NCBI GenBank assembly: GCA_030141605.1
Contig: JAQGDQ010000376.1
Span: forward strand, 163,231 to 227,230
DNA from: Tubiluchus corallicola
Taxonomy: Eukaryota > Animalia > Priapulida
Reading direction: 5' to 3'
Length of the DNA: 64,000 bases
In this document: positions 27,572 to 41,100 of the stretch, piece after piece
How positions within the stretch are numbered: position 1 is the first letter of the stretch
Layout of the letters: each line of letters opens with the position of its first letter
Notes under the pieces: generated by a model
What the model was told of the DNA's origin: nothing
The model's database searches: none
The model's input: the letters and a program-made list of their open reading frames with translations, nothing else
Made by a program: the position numbers and the translations under genes

Positions 27572-27640
27572 GAGGTGTCAACTCAGTAGTGTCAAAACTT
27601 TCATGATGACTGATCTGGAAAAAATATATAATTTTCTATA

Positions 27641-27644
<4 letters not shown>

Positions 27645-27699
<55 letters not shown>

Positions 27700-27700
27700 G
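27645..27700. repeat. (TG)n/(CA)n microsatellite
   Basis: About 28 dinucleotide units with one TGCG interruption. Confidence 0.97.
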
Positions 27701-28937
27701 TAAATATATAGTTTTTAAACTGCATAAATGACATAGTGACATAAAAGACATAATCGCAGAAAAAACATTCTGCTGTCTAAATTTTCCATTCGTGCAGCAA
27801 TCATAGCATATAATCACTATCAGCTTAAAAAAGCAACAGCATTAAAAGTGCACTAGTTTATATTAGTTCAATATAAATTTTATTAGAGGGCGGCATCAAT
27901 TTGGTATTAATGTACTAGCATTAAAAAAACATTACCCCGGCAATTAGACATAAACAGAAGTATTTTTATTGTCGGCCTAGCTCCCAAGATTTCATATTTG
28001 ATATAGGTTTTTCCTGTTAGTGTTTGATTCATTACCCTTGCACTTATTACAAATGTGATTGTAATAAAAATATTGTTTAATAGAAAAGCACGTGGGTCTA
28101 ATTATGCGGCAATTTTCCTAATAATAACCTCGGACGTACATGTGCTGTCTGTAATTCACTTCAATTGCCTTTATTTGTCTCTCTTGTATTGGAACAATAA
28201 ACATAATTTTATGTACAGTATTGTTTAAAATAAAGTTTAGAAATGGGGTGACAAAGAAACCATACTGTCATCTAGTCTAGTCACCCCTGACGTATGGTAA
28301 CATAGCAGTTTATTCTAATTTATGTCTAATATTAGGCCTGTACAGTCTGATACTATATTACACAATTATAGTACTTACTCAGTTACTGTTTTTTTAGAGA
28401 AAGACCACACTATAAACTAATAATTGTAATAAGGGTTCCGCAAAAAGACCTTCATGGGAATTGATGCGTCACCATAGACGTAGACATTTTATTTATCTCC
28501 TCATTTGCACCATAATACAAATAGACTATTATTGCTATAGTTATTAATTAAACAGGATAAATTATGCATAAAGCCTATTATTATAGGGGAGAAATTAAAC
28601 TTGAAAGCGAAATAACTAAATAGGCTACCAACAATTAGTTATCTTTATTTTGTTTTTGTAATTTATTAGACATATAGACATTTTTTATTTATTTCCTAAT
28701 TAGCATCAGAATTACAAGATAAACGATAAGTGCTGTAGACTATAGTTAATTAATAATTGCGATAAATATTAAAAGAAAGCCTCAGGGGATGCAGGAGATA
28801 TTATAAATGGTCGCATAATAAACCCGCACCTCTGCGACAAGGAAGCAATCACGACTAAGATATATGATAGTCACTCACGGAGAATGTAATATCGGCTGCC
28901 AAGCCACTACTCAGTAGTCAGCAGTTTCAGTCCTCCT

Positions 28938-29680
28938 TGTTGGGAGCCGAGTGGACCACTGCGCCAAGTAGACCACTTGATGCGCTAAAAGTAGTGTCCT
29001 ACATGGGCAGCCCAAGTAGGACACTAGCGATTTTTGTCGAGAATCGGTAATTTTGTCAAATTTTTGAAAATTCTGTGAAAGTTTCTTCATTTTATTATTT
29101 ACAGAAATAATTGCAAATTTAAAAATAAGACAGATGCTGCTAAGCCTTCACAACACCAAAAAGTAATTTTTAACATTTAAGAAAAGCAAGGATAATTAGT
29201 TTTAATATTATCAGTAGTATTGTAACATGTAGGGCACTGTCCTACATGGCTCGCTAGCCCATGTAGGACACATAGATTGCTAGAACGTTTACTTATAAGA
29301 AAACAATTATTTGCCCAAGAGGTAGTGAAACGGATCACCTGTTTGTGAAGTGAGACAAAATCAAAAATGATATACCTTAAACAAATTTTGTATTCGCAAA
29401 AAAATGGTTTTTTTCACTTCAACAACATTAATATCGAAACCAAATTTAATATTGTCCGTTCTACCAGCTCAGAATAAAATTCTTTTATTTTATTAGATGT
29501 AAAATAAATTATTCAACGTGTACTAACGTTTTTAATTATTATTATTACATAAACAAGCACAACGGACGGTGTCAGTACACTTAACGACTCAATTCGCGAC
29601 CTGTCTCTAGTGTCCTACTTGGGCTAGCCCAAGTAGATCAATTGGTCTACTTGGCGCAGTGGTCCACTCGGCTCCCAACA
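28938..29680. mobile_element. Intact non-autonomous DNA transposon (MITE), Ginger-like: TGT...ACA ends, 5-bp TSD
   Basis: The TIR TGTTGGGAGCCGAGTGGACCACTGCGCCAAGTAGACCA is perfect over 38 bp (44 bp with one mismatch). The TSD CTCCT is at 28933-28937 and 29681-29685. Length is 743 bp with no ORF. The superfamily is inferred from the TGT termini and TSD length only. Confidence 0.9.
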
Positions 29681-29719
29681 CTCCTAATTTTACTACTCCG
29701 CACCATGTTGTTCACTTAC

Positions 29720-29800
29720 AAAGTTTGACGCACCATTTTTTCAAAGCGAGAAATCGAGTTGTTTTATTGTTGACCCGCAGCGCTATTGACAAATCCGGCT
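29720..29800 (-). promoter_or_regulatory. Putative first non-coding exon / TSS region of PIKFYVE
   Basis: A CpG-richer patch ends in the consensus donor TT|GTAAGT at 29720, with a second donor CC|GTGAGT at 28879. Both lie upstream of the 27614 acceptor. The TSS cannot be determined from sequence. Confidence 0.4.
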
Positions 29801-29839
29801 CCAAAACCATAAAAATAGCTAATGAATGCAGATAAAAAT

Positions 29840-30615
29840 AAATTCGGCTTGAACATTCGGATTCGGAATGGAAAGGATGATAATAACAAAATTAATTCAA
29901 AATTGATTATTGCTTAAGATAAGGCAGTGGCCACAAAAAATACAGACTAAGACCATTATCACATTAATAAGCTATTATGTAGATGGTGTTACCAAGAAGG
30001 AAAAACAGTAGCACAAGTTTCAAGGGAATGTGAATATTTGGAAAATAGACTGTACGAAAAATGCCATAATGGGGCAGTTGCACTCACTCCCAGGTTTCGT
30101 GTGACAAATATGAAACATCTAGAAGCTTAGCGTGATTAAAAAAGCTGCAGAAAATCAAAAAGTAAAATTTTTTGTGATTATAACGTTTTACGGATAAGGA
30201 AATACACCACAAGTATTTTGGTACAAGTTTAATCCCGAAAGAGGACAAAAATGGTACTGATAATTGACATAGCGCTACCAGGGGATGCAAACATCGATAC
30301 TAAATATGCGGTTGAAAATTATACGTATTGATAATATCGGCTGAGTTAAGAATTGATGGGAAAATTGTTATTGTGCCCGTAACAATAAGATGTTAATGTG
30401 TTGAGGGAGCTGTAGAAAACGCACTGGAAAGATTAGCAATTACAGGGAGGTGTAAATGGCTGGAAGTTCAGAAATAAGCCATTTTGGGATCAGCATAAAT
30501 CCTGAAACAATATTTGTAGAGCTTAGAGTCTTGCATAGACTTCAGTTGCAAGTGATGATACACCAACCGAGTTATGATGTTAACCAATAATAATAAAAAT
30601 AATAATAATAATAAC
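29840..30615 (+). mobile_element. 3' remnant of an RLE-type non-LTR retrotransposon (R4/Dong-like) with (TAA)n tail
   Basis: Decayed frames give a CCHC-like knuckle (CRWCYQEGKTVAQVSREC), LIIDIALPGDANIDTK (restriction-like endonuclease), KIVIVPV and QK*AILGSA*ILKQYL*. The element ends in (TAA)n at ~30587-30613. Confidence 0.75.
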
Positions 30616-32184
30616 TTATGTAAAAGCCACCAAACTGCCAAATTCTTAAATCATCAACCATTTCACATAACTGGGTCATTCTACTATTTCAGCTAACTTT
30701 TGCAGAAACAAAAATCAGAAAACTTACCATCTGTAATCGTACCCAAATGTCTTGCTGACTTCTTTAAACATTAGGTGCAGCCACCCCACAAAATGTGCAA
30801 GCTCAGTTAAGTCGTTGTAATTTATGTTCAGGAGATAAGCTACCCTTTGTCGCCAGTCAGATTCCAATTCAACTCTGTTACGAACAATTATACTTCTAGT
30901 ACATAACATGTGTCCCAAGACTAAAATCTTGATAGGCATGTACTTACAACATGTCCCATGGCGGTAAAATCACATACAAATTTGATTATAGTTTTGTTTG
31001 GCACAGCCATAGGTAACAGAATTTGCTGACTTACTTTAACTAAATATTGCTATCAGTACAGCAACAGAGTTGAAAATAAAAGTGATTGTGCCTGCCAAAG
31101 CAACACCACATCCGATTATCATACAGCCGCCTGTTTTTGGAGACTACAATCTTAACTATACCCCAACACAGCAATATTTGAATTAAATAGTTACAAAATG
31201 GGGTTCTTTGAGTAACAGTATTGATAAAGCTAAAAATATTCTCCAACATGCAGGCAAAATGATAAGTTTTTGAGCAAAAATGATGCGAAAACATATGACG
31301 CTTCTTTGTCGTCTGCCAAACACAATTAATGTTGCCATTTAGTCTCAAATTTCATAGCAAAAAACAGTTCTAAGTATAGTTATACTCATTGCTAGATTTG
31401 TATAGAGTTGAACCAGCTTTCGAGGACAAACTTTTAATTGCTTTTAATTAACAAATCAGAAGGAATATCCAAAAATAATTAATTCTTTTAATATTAAATA
31501 TGTTTACAAGCATAAGTGTGCCATCAAGACAGCCTTCAGTCAAATATGATGCTAATTTACAAGCAAGGCACTGAGTATACATAGGCTTGGGTACATAGTC
31601 TCATTTGGCATAATGGCAAACATTTTTTAGTTGCATGCAAAAGGTAAGTGTCTTTGAAAACATACAACTAACAACTTCTGTAAAGTGCTATGTAATACAT
31701 GTTTTTCTTTCCAAATACATATATGTTGCAGCAATTATGTCTGAGGGACATAAAATTTTACCGAAATGGTAGAATGACCCAACGTATAAAACAACATAAT
31801 ATTAATGTGACATTTCACTTTTACTTCTACTTGGTACCTTGATTTTACACAAACTTTTAGAAATAAAAATTAATCGGGAAACAAATTAATCGGAACACAT
31901 TTTATAATACAAAGTATCTATAACAATATCCCATACACAATGGTCACTTTGTAATTTATTTTGTAAATTATTTGCATGATTATCAGCAAACACATTTGTG
32001 CTAAAATCACATTAGTAATAAGGAACAGCACAAAAACATAATATAACTGTAGAGAATAATTAATTTTTTAAACATGATTTTTGCAGGTAAAATGGCAAAG
32101 TAATCAATTTCGCATAATGCATAACTAATAACTATATTATAGGTGTATACAATATTTTACTGCATTAATAACATTATAATTATA

Positions 32185-35100
32185 TTAGCATAATCTTTTG
32201 TTATATATCCACTTCTCGCCCGGGCCATCTTTGTGAAAAAACTGAAAGCAGTAAAGATATATTTGAAATGCAGGACCAATGAAAGGCTTTTATAAGGAGT
32301 AAAGCTGTAATTCAACTAGCAATATGTCAAATGAAATTGTCCAGAACCAATTTTCCTGGTAGCACTCATCCATTTACTGGCTGGGTCAGACACTGCCTTA
32401 AGCTGTGTCAGAACTTCAGCTCTTAACCACACATTACAACATGACTACTCAGCTATATACCTCATCTCTATTTACATTTTTGATATTCAGTCAGGAAGAT
32501 CCGAATTACATTGCTAAAAAGATTAAAAATGAATTGGAATCAGAAAAATCTACATTGCTTGATGTAGACAGACAGATATGTTTGATGTATACAACTTTTG
32601 AAGCAGTACAATTGACAAACCTAATGAAGGGTTTAGCAGGGATGTGGTGAGAAGCAGACAACAGTCAACTAGTAATTGTTAAGATAATTGCGTAGTTTTG
32701 CACAGCAAGTTCTCTAGTAATAACTAATGCCAATGACTGTGCTATTGCACATGCGCAGGTACGTTTTAAGGCCATGCAGGCATACATTGTGATCTGGCTT
32801 ACGTGGCAATTAATGTCAAGCAAAATGTCAATGATCCTTGGTCAAGCTTTGCTGACTGCCCAACCAGCAGGCGATGTTTTTTACACAGGTAAGCTTATGT
32901 ATGGCTATTCCTTCAGGACATTAGCTGCAATTTTTTATTGCCGATATATGTTATAATGTAATGAAAAATGTCCCACTTTTCATTAGTTTGTGGGAGAGAC
33001 ACCCACCTGGTTCTAGATTTTATTACAGATTATTGATTGTCGATTGAAATTGAAAGTAAAGTAATGGCAATATGTAGTCTAATTTTGTCTTTTAAAAAGA
33101 AAGAAGTGCACAGCGCTTACATCAACGAGATGCTAATTAAACCGCTTTGCTATCAGTAAAACATGCAGATTAGCTTAATTTATGACTTTGCAAGTTAGAT
33201 AAAGGCAACTATTAACTTTAAAAATAACAAATTAACCTAATGAGGTTAGGTCGATCATATGACGTTGCTTTAATCATCGCAAACATGAAGCAACCCACCT
33301 GAACAGAGGTGAGACGAAATTTATAACTCCAGATTGAAGCCTGAATTAACAGGTATAAATGATTCAAGCCTTCAAGGTTAAACTGCATGTAAAAATTGCA
33401 GTCTGAGCACCTAGATCTAAGCAGGCTTGTGCAGGTTGTAGAAATGGGAGTAAGCTAATTAGCAAATCTGTTAAGCCAGTCAAAATTTATATTATATATC
33501 TGTGCAATATTAGTATCCCAAAATGGTTACTTGGTCAGTCGATATAAGGATCATCTACGGAATGAAATAATAAAATTTATTCTATTTCTGCAGCATAACA
33601 AACAGTTGGAAAGATACAAATTGTGGTTAAAAGCTTGTGAACAAGTGTGAGTTTGTTATTCAGCATGCTGCTGTCCTGAATATCACTGGGCATGTTTATG
33701 TCACAGCGGAGGCGAAGCTATAGACCAATATGTTTGACGTCAATTGACATAGGTGTGCAATAAAAAGTGAAGTGAAATCATGTGTGAATACATACAAACC
33801 TTTGTTGGAAAAGAAACTTTCTTTAATTCTCTGTCTTTCTCATCGGCACGTTGTAGCTCTTCTAGCTAAAATAAAAATATACAAAATAACAGAAAAGTAG
33901 CACCACAAGGCACAGCTGCTTAAGTAAGTCTCAAGAAGGTATGGTCTTTTACAAGGTCCAGAAGCTTGGCCTGTTCTTGTTTTTTTGGACATAGTGTTCC
34001 CATGGACTATACAGAGTGATTCGACATAGAGGTTGTTTTTCAAGAAACCTAATGATTGGATACTTTTTGGATACTATAGATTGGATACTATAAAGAGTAT
34101 AACATCCGAACAAGTTTTTAAAGAAGCATAATCCCTAATTAAACTCTAAAGTATGTTCGCTAGGTCTCTGGCTAATTTTTACGGGATCTCAGCATTGGTG
34201 TTTGAGTCTGACAATTTGCTAAAGAAAATGACCCTCAACATCAACTAAAGTAACGATGACATGTCATAAAAATTTTTGACTTCCTTAACTAATTACTAAT
34301 CTACCAGTGCAGTAATAAATACATACAAAGTGTTTATGTTCGCTTGCTTTTTCCAAGTTTCCAGATGTAAGACTCTCAGTTATGTGTTTCCACAGTTTAC
34401 GTGATTCACTTTCATATTGTATGTCTACAGGCCGAACATATTTGTATCGGCACAGCAGACTGCTTGTGTCTATCAGCTTACAAGTACCCTACAAAAAATC
34501 AAACTAAAACTGTTTTAACACATGCATATTCGTGTGTCCCTCGCATTAAAGGAAACACTCTCAGAATTAGAGAACTTGCACCGTAATCAGTTATCATTAC
34601 TTTTACTTTTGAAAATAGACATGAATAAATTGCCAAAAATCAATTTTTATTAAATTCATAGAAGTAAAACCTAACCTTGTGCTATATGCTTGTTGTAATA
34701 TATTGGCATCTGCATCAAGGTACTGATAGTTATGTGCTATTTATCAGTTCAACATGCACTGTAGCTCTGCAGGATGTCATATATTAATACAAGATAACTT
34801 ACAAGAGCTAACGAGGCTATTGGGTTTCAAGAATAGCTTTTAAAATAATACCACTTCTAATCAGGCTATAATATTTTTGTGACCAGAGCCAAAGTGCATT
34901 TGAAAAGCCAGTTTAATAAAAAGTAATACCAATACCAATTTTTACCAATATTGGTTAGGAATAGTATTTTGATATTAACTGGCAGGCAAAAACCCATGCA
35001 TAGCACACTTTGAGTTGCGAGGCATAAAAAGGCTATCAATATGTAATATATATTGTTTAGCCACACATTTTTTTACTTTTGTCCTTCCTGCTACAGACTA

Positions 35101-38100
35101 TAGTTTGCAACTTAATGTACAATATCTAGTTGTGATAGTCCAGTTATTTTCAGTTAAAAAGCAAGAAAACATAGCAAATTTGCAACATGTCCCTCATTTA
35201 GCAAGTATGTATTGAGATCTTTGATGCTGTTTTCTGTATACCATCTGTTCAAGTTATTGCTTGTACATTATGTTTATATTACCATTGCATAAGTAAACTC
35301 TAGATTTCCGTTCCACTCGCCATTGACATGGCACAAGTTCTTCCCAGTTTCATCCTTTACATCAGCTGTAACTCTATGTAGTTTACCACCGTAAAATGGC
35401 TGAAATATCACAAAATGTAAATTACTAAATTATCTTTAGATATTATACTCGGAAACTCCAAAAAAAAAACTGTTCACATACGTGCACAATTGTCAGCTTC
35501 GCTAGTGGGCATTGTGTGTAAAAAAGGGCATTTATTTTGAAGCTGTCAATAAACGTCGTCCTTCTATTTAAGCATTTATTGATTTACTACAGGCATATTC
35601 TAGTTAATTTGCTATGCTCTCATACAGCAGGGCTCTTTTAGCCAGCTTGGCGAATTGGCCATTGCAATGGGATGGATTCTTGCACGAGATGTTTGTGCTA
35701 GAATGCACTTCTTGTCAAAGTACTTTTGCAAGCAGAAATAACGAGGACAGGTTTTTAGAAGTTATTGGTTTTATTCGTTTTCTTTAGTAAAATTTTGTTA
35801 CCATTTGAACCACAATGTTATTTTAACTTGGGCTGAATAATTAACACATAACTTATGCGATTTTATCAATTTATTTGGGGTAAAATTTTAATATATTTGT
35901 GAAGTAAAAGTAAAGATATGTTAACTTTAACAGTCGTTTATAATCTTGGCACACTGTTCTAGCGATATGCCACCAGATAATTTAGTTTGTAATAAACTGT
36001 CACAAGTTTCATTCAAATTTCAAAGAACAAAAAAATGTTGTGACAGTTTTACTGAATTTTTTCACTACTTAGTGATCTAACATCATGTAAAATTAAAGAC
36101 GAGATTTCCATTTATTTCCTTCTGCTACTAGTACAGCTATTGCTAAGTTGTTGTATATAAGTACAAAGGTTTGAAAACTTCTTACGATGACAGTGAGAGA
36201 AGTCTGCTTAGATAAAATTGCATCCTTGATTAATGGATGTACATACTGAAATTAATGTTAAACAGTTGAAAAGCTGCCAGAGGGTACACATATGCACAGG
36301 TATTTCATTCCCTATTTATGAATGTTCACAGAACAAATATTAATTTTCAGTTTTACTGTTTACCTTGGTGTGAAATGTTATGGAAGCAGAATATTTGGTT
36401 TTTGCACAAGTTAGATTAAGTTTGCCCCCTAATTCCACCCACGGTACAGTTAGTATTGACCGAGCGAAAGCACTGGGTAGCTGTACAACGTATTCTTCAT
36501 CCAAATCAGGTAATCTAATAATCACTGCAAATAAGAATTAAAGAAATTCATTCTTTGCTATCTAAAAGGAAAATCAAGATAAGTGCATATGCAAGGTGCA
36601 GCAACAAATAATAGCATTCATTTGTGTAGCATGTTGCTGTTGTAGTCAAACTGAACTTTCTGTTTCTCGGTTGTTGGCATTACCAGCATTAGTATGGGAG
36701 TATAGAATGATCATGCAGCTCAGGTACCTGCTTGAATAATGGCAAAACGAATATCAACAAAACTTAACACTTGAGTGGAAACCCCTCTCAATGTTAACAT
36801 TTATGAGCAGTCCAGCCAGTTAGCTCAGTTGATTAGATTTGTGGCTCATGGTCCTAAAAAGCCAGTACCTGTTTGCTGAGAGTGAATGCATCCACGTTAA
36901 AAAAGCCAGGGTGCCCTGGACTTTCTGTTTATTTTACATAAGGTTAATAAGTGCCAACCAAGAATGTTCTGCAACTATCCTAATTTGCACTTTGATATTT
37001 TTTGGTTCTCTAAATCCATTTTCAAGATTCACATACATTCAGCAGCCATTCCTACACTTATTTTGTTGGATTAACAAGAGCTTACTTAGCTGGACTGACA
37101 GCACATGATATAACGTGCTGTGATGTAATTATGGCACTGTGGAAAATTAGTCCACATAGCCAGCACATAACATAAATGGGTAAATAAGTAATCTGAGTCT
37201 TTAAAGTTAAAAACTGACAAAAAGAACCAGAATGTGCCTTCATCGCACTCAGTAGTATAAAAAGGTTTTACTTACTTTCACCTATCATAGCTACACCTAT
37301 TGACATTCCCATGAACTTTGACTTTGTCCACACATGAGCATCTAAGAAGATTCTTTTGTCTGGACACTCAATATAAAAAGCTGACACTAAAGTAAATAAC
37401 AAAGTATTTCAAGTAAAACGTTTTGTTACTTGTAGTGCACAAAATGTAGATATTTAATAAAGTAGAAAAAATACTTTCTACACTGTTGGCAGAACTTTAT
37501 AGCATTGGTAGATGGGTTCCATCAACTGATGCAACAACAATTACATAGAAAATGTATGTTAGTTCATTGACGTAATTATAACTATAGACCCATGAAACAA
37601 TCTGGTATGTGGAATAAACAATAAATATGAACCCTTTGCCAAATTAATTTCATTGCAATTAACTGCATTCTTTTAAATTTTAGCATGTATGACAATTATA
37701 ATTAAGAGAATTAAGATTTGTCTCGGGTAACACAGAACAAATGAAACGCTGGAAGAACTCAAAATAACTTACCAAATTATATTATTTTTTAAGGTAAATT
37801 TTACCTACTGTCATTGCTAAACATATGTTGTATTTATAAACAAAATAACTTGTTTTTTAACTATGTGTTTCTAAGGCAGGTCAAGGTAGACTAAGTTACT
37901 AAAACTGTTCGTTATTTTTGCCTCAAATGTTATAGTTATTAAATAGATAGAAAATTTCTTTAGGTTCCCGAGGCAAAGAAGTGAATTCAGGAATTTTAAT
38001 CGCTGCCGAAATATACCAGCCAAGGTTAACGTAACTATTACAATTAATTTCAGCAGAAATGATATTAAAATTTATGGGACACAACACAATTTATCCGGTA

Positions 38101-41100
38101 AAACTAAACTTTCATGAGTACAGCTCGGTAATCCCACCTTCAAAAATGCAGCTAACCCGCCAAGTTGCTAAATCAGAATTAATCCTTTTTATAAAAATAT
38201 TTTAACTTAAGCAAAGCAAACTCCTCTGTTACTTGCCTGGAGGATGATGTGATACTTGTTCTGCTGTATACCTAATTCGACAATTTTCTTTTTCACCTTG
38301 TGGCACATACCAAGAACAGTGAAATGTTTCTCCTATTATGGGATTATACGGTTTCTTCGCTAGCGAACCCTAAATTAAAAAACGTTGTAAATTTGTCAAT
38401 AAGTATATGAAAGAACAAGAAAGCCGAAATGTTTAAACTTTTTGTAATTGTTGGGAGTTAAACGATAAGTTTGTTTATAATTTCTACATATTAAAAGTAT
38501 CCACTTAAGCAGGTATCAGAGACAATATAAAAGGGAGAATACTCAAAATATTATTACGTAGGAAGCAATTATCATGTTTCACTTAGCAAGTTTTTCCAAA
38601 AAAATTGACTTGAGTACTATCAGACTTAAACATTATATTTTATGTTAAAATACATAAACTGCACTTAGAACAGTACTACCTGTCTGCCAGAATGAAAGGT
38701 AGTTAAGTACCACTCTACAAGGGCTAATATTCTGTCTTTTGCAGTCGAACAGTCGGCAATTCTAAAAAAATGCAAGCAATGTTTTTTAAATGATTGTATA
38801 TCATCCAGCAAGAGATACACACTATACACAAACAAACAACAAAGCAACTACTAATTTTTTTTAATTCAGTGAATTTGCAGAATTATTTTATTCCTGCTTA
38901 CATCATTACACTATCTTCACTTTTCAATCAAAACTGACACAACTTGGTACTTACTTTATAAATAAGTCAGGGTGAGCCATGTAATCTGCAAACATTTCCA
39001 GCAGAGACCGTCGCTCCAAGATAAACGTTGGCAGCACAACTTTAGTCAAGTCCATACCAAGTTTCAGCTGTGATAATAATTGCAAGATAATGCTCTTATG
39101 ATCATCTACAGCTCCAAGATCTTGATCACAATATAGCTCAGTGTCTGGCTTTTCTTGTTCGGGGTTTATTGCATCTAAAACATACACAAAAACTATGACT
39201 GTGTTTACTTATATGTATAGATATTTCTCACAGTGGTACATAAACTTTTGTTAAATTTGTACAAGAAGCAGGTAGCAGGATTGTAGCTCACACTCACACA
39301 CCTAATATTTATGATGCAGGCCTGGTGGTCTCATATAGACGGCCTTCTCCTATAACTCGAAAAAGTTTTCAATTCAAATACAGCATTATCAGATGTAAGG
39401 ATCTTGAGCACGTATACTACAAATGTTTCTTGAGAACCTATCAAAACAATAGAAACAAGACTTCTGCTGGATGTCTTGACAAGATATCGATCTTTTGGAA
39501 AATATCCAACGCCATGCCACATACACTAGTCTATGGACTATCCCAATTTAATTATAGTGAAGGGCTTTTTATGTGATCTCTACATCAGGTATCAAAGAGT
39601 CAACCAAATTCTTATTTACCAGTTGCCCCATGGCCTTGTTGTTTATGACTACAAATGTCTTTTTATACTGTCTGGAGATACAAGACTTCACGGACATGAC
39701 TAAAAGCTTGGTAAGCCTGTAGTCCAACTCACTGTATGTTTGTACAGTTTTGCTTGTCGAGTCTCAAATTTGTGGCATTTTTTGTCATTTGAAGTCGTAA
39801 TTGAATTACTTTTAAAACTCACCTCCATATAGTCATCTTTATCAAAACTCACAATGTTTTCATAATTTTGCACCTTTTGCTCATAATTTGCATTAATTGT
39901 TATTGCAATAAAAATGTAAAGTTTAGCACTGATACGCTTATATTATTGTATTGTACAAATATGCTGCACTATGTTGTCACCTCCGTATGGGGACGACTTT
40001 GGGTAATTTAAATTACTGAACATTTATTTCCCAGTAAAGCTGCATTTATGCTCTGTTTATGCTACATTACTCATAATAACAATATTTACTCAATAATATT
40101 AATAAAAAGAAAACTCATGAAACATCTACAAGGAAGGCTGAACAGCCACAATGTATCACTTTATTGAGTGTCTAGTGTCACACCCTTTGGAACTCCAATC
40201 CAACACATCTTTAGCATTAGTTTCCACGTACTTTAAGAATTCACTTAATGAAAGTAAGTCATTACCAGTTATCATTAAATGAAGCTACACCTTTTGTTAG
40301 AACCACAAATACATTGGAATAACTGCTTGTAATATCTCATTGAAAACTTGTTTATGCTTCCATTATTTAAATAAAACAGTTAGTGAACTTTACTGTTCAA
40401 GTTTACATGCACTGCACTTACCTTCTGAATAAGTACTCTGTGTTAAAAGTGTGAGGTGTGGTATACCTGTAGATGTATTACTTAATGACACACTAAAATA
40501 AAAAAATGAACAAAGTTACTGCTGACAATATAGGTATGTAGATAAGGCATGGAAAGAATTGTTTACAATCAAAATAGTCTTAGTTAATTAGCAAGCAAAC
40601 AAAAAAGTAGGTACATAAACATATAAGTTATATGAAGAGTACTGTCTGATGCATACAGCATAATAGCTATTTCAAAGATTTATGCTAAATTTAATAAATT
40701 GGTCAAACATGTTTCCAAGTGAGCATAAATCATTTTGCTACTTATGCAGTCTATTGTAGCTTTATGCCAGTATGAAAGCATAACAGCATTTACATGATTT
40801 TAATTAGAAAGTATAGGTCCTACATGATTCGCAAAAATGAGAATGGTGGCATAATGATAGAATGCTAAGTTTATCTAAAACCTAAATTTCAACTTACTGT
40901 GGCTTCAGCCATTCTACAGATGAACTTAAGCTAACTTTTTTCTGATTCTGTTTCTGCAGTACTGCGATGCAATCATTCAAACACTGAATAGCACTTTGAC
41001 TAGTTGATTTCAGTAATAACAATTCCTAGGTAACAACCATAAAAAAGATAAATCAGACAAAATTAGTTTTAGTACGTTGGAAATTATGATCACCTGTACT

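Noticed and set aside
27555-28930. Second hidden small gene in the PIKFYVE leader (frame ISHHESFDTTELTPHADVQ*)
   Set aside because: Joining to donor 28879 meets an upstream TGA with no ATG, and no protein family is recognised.
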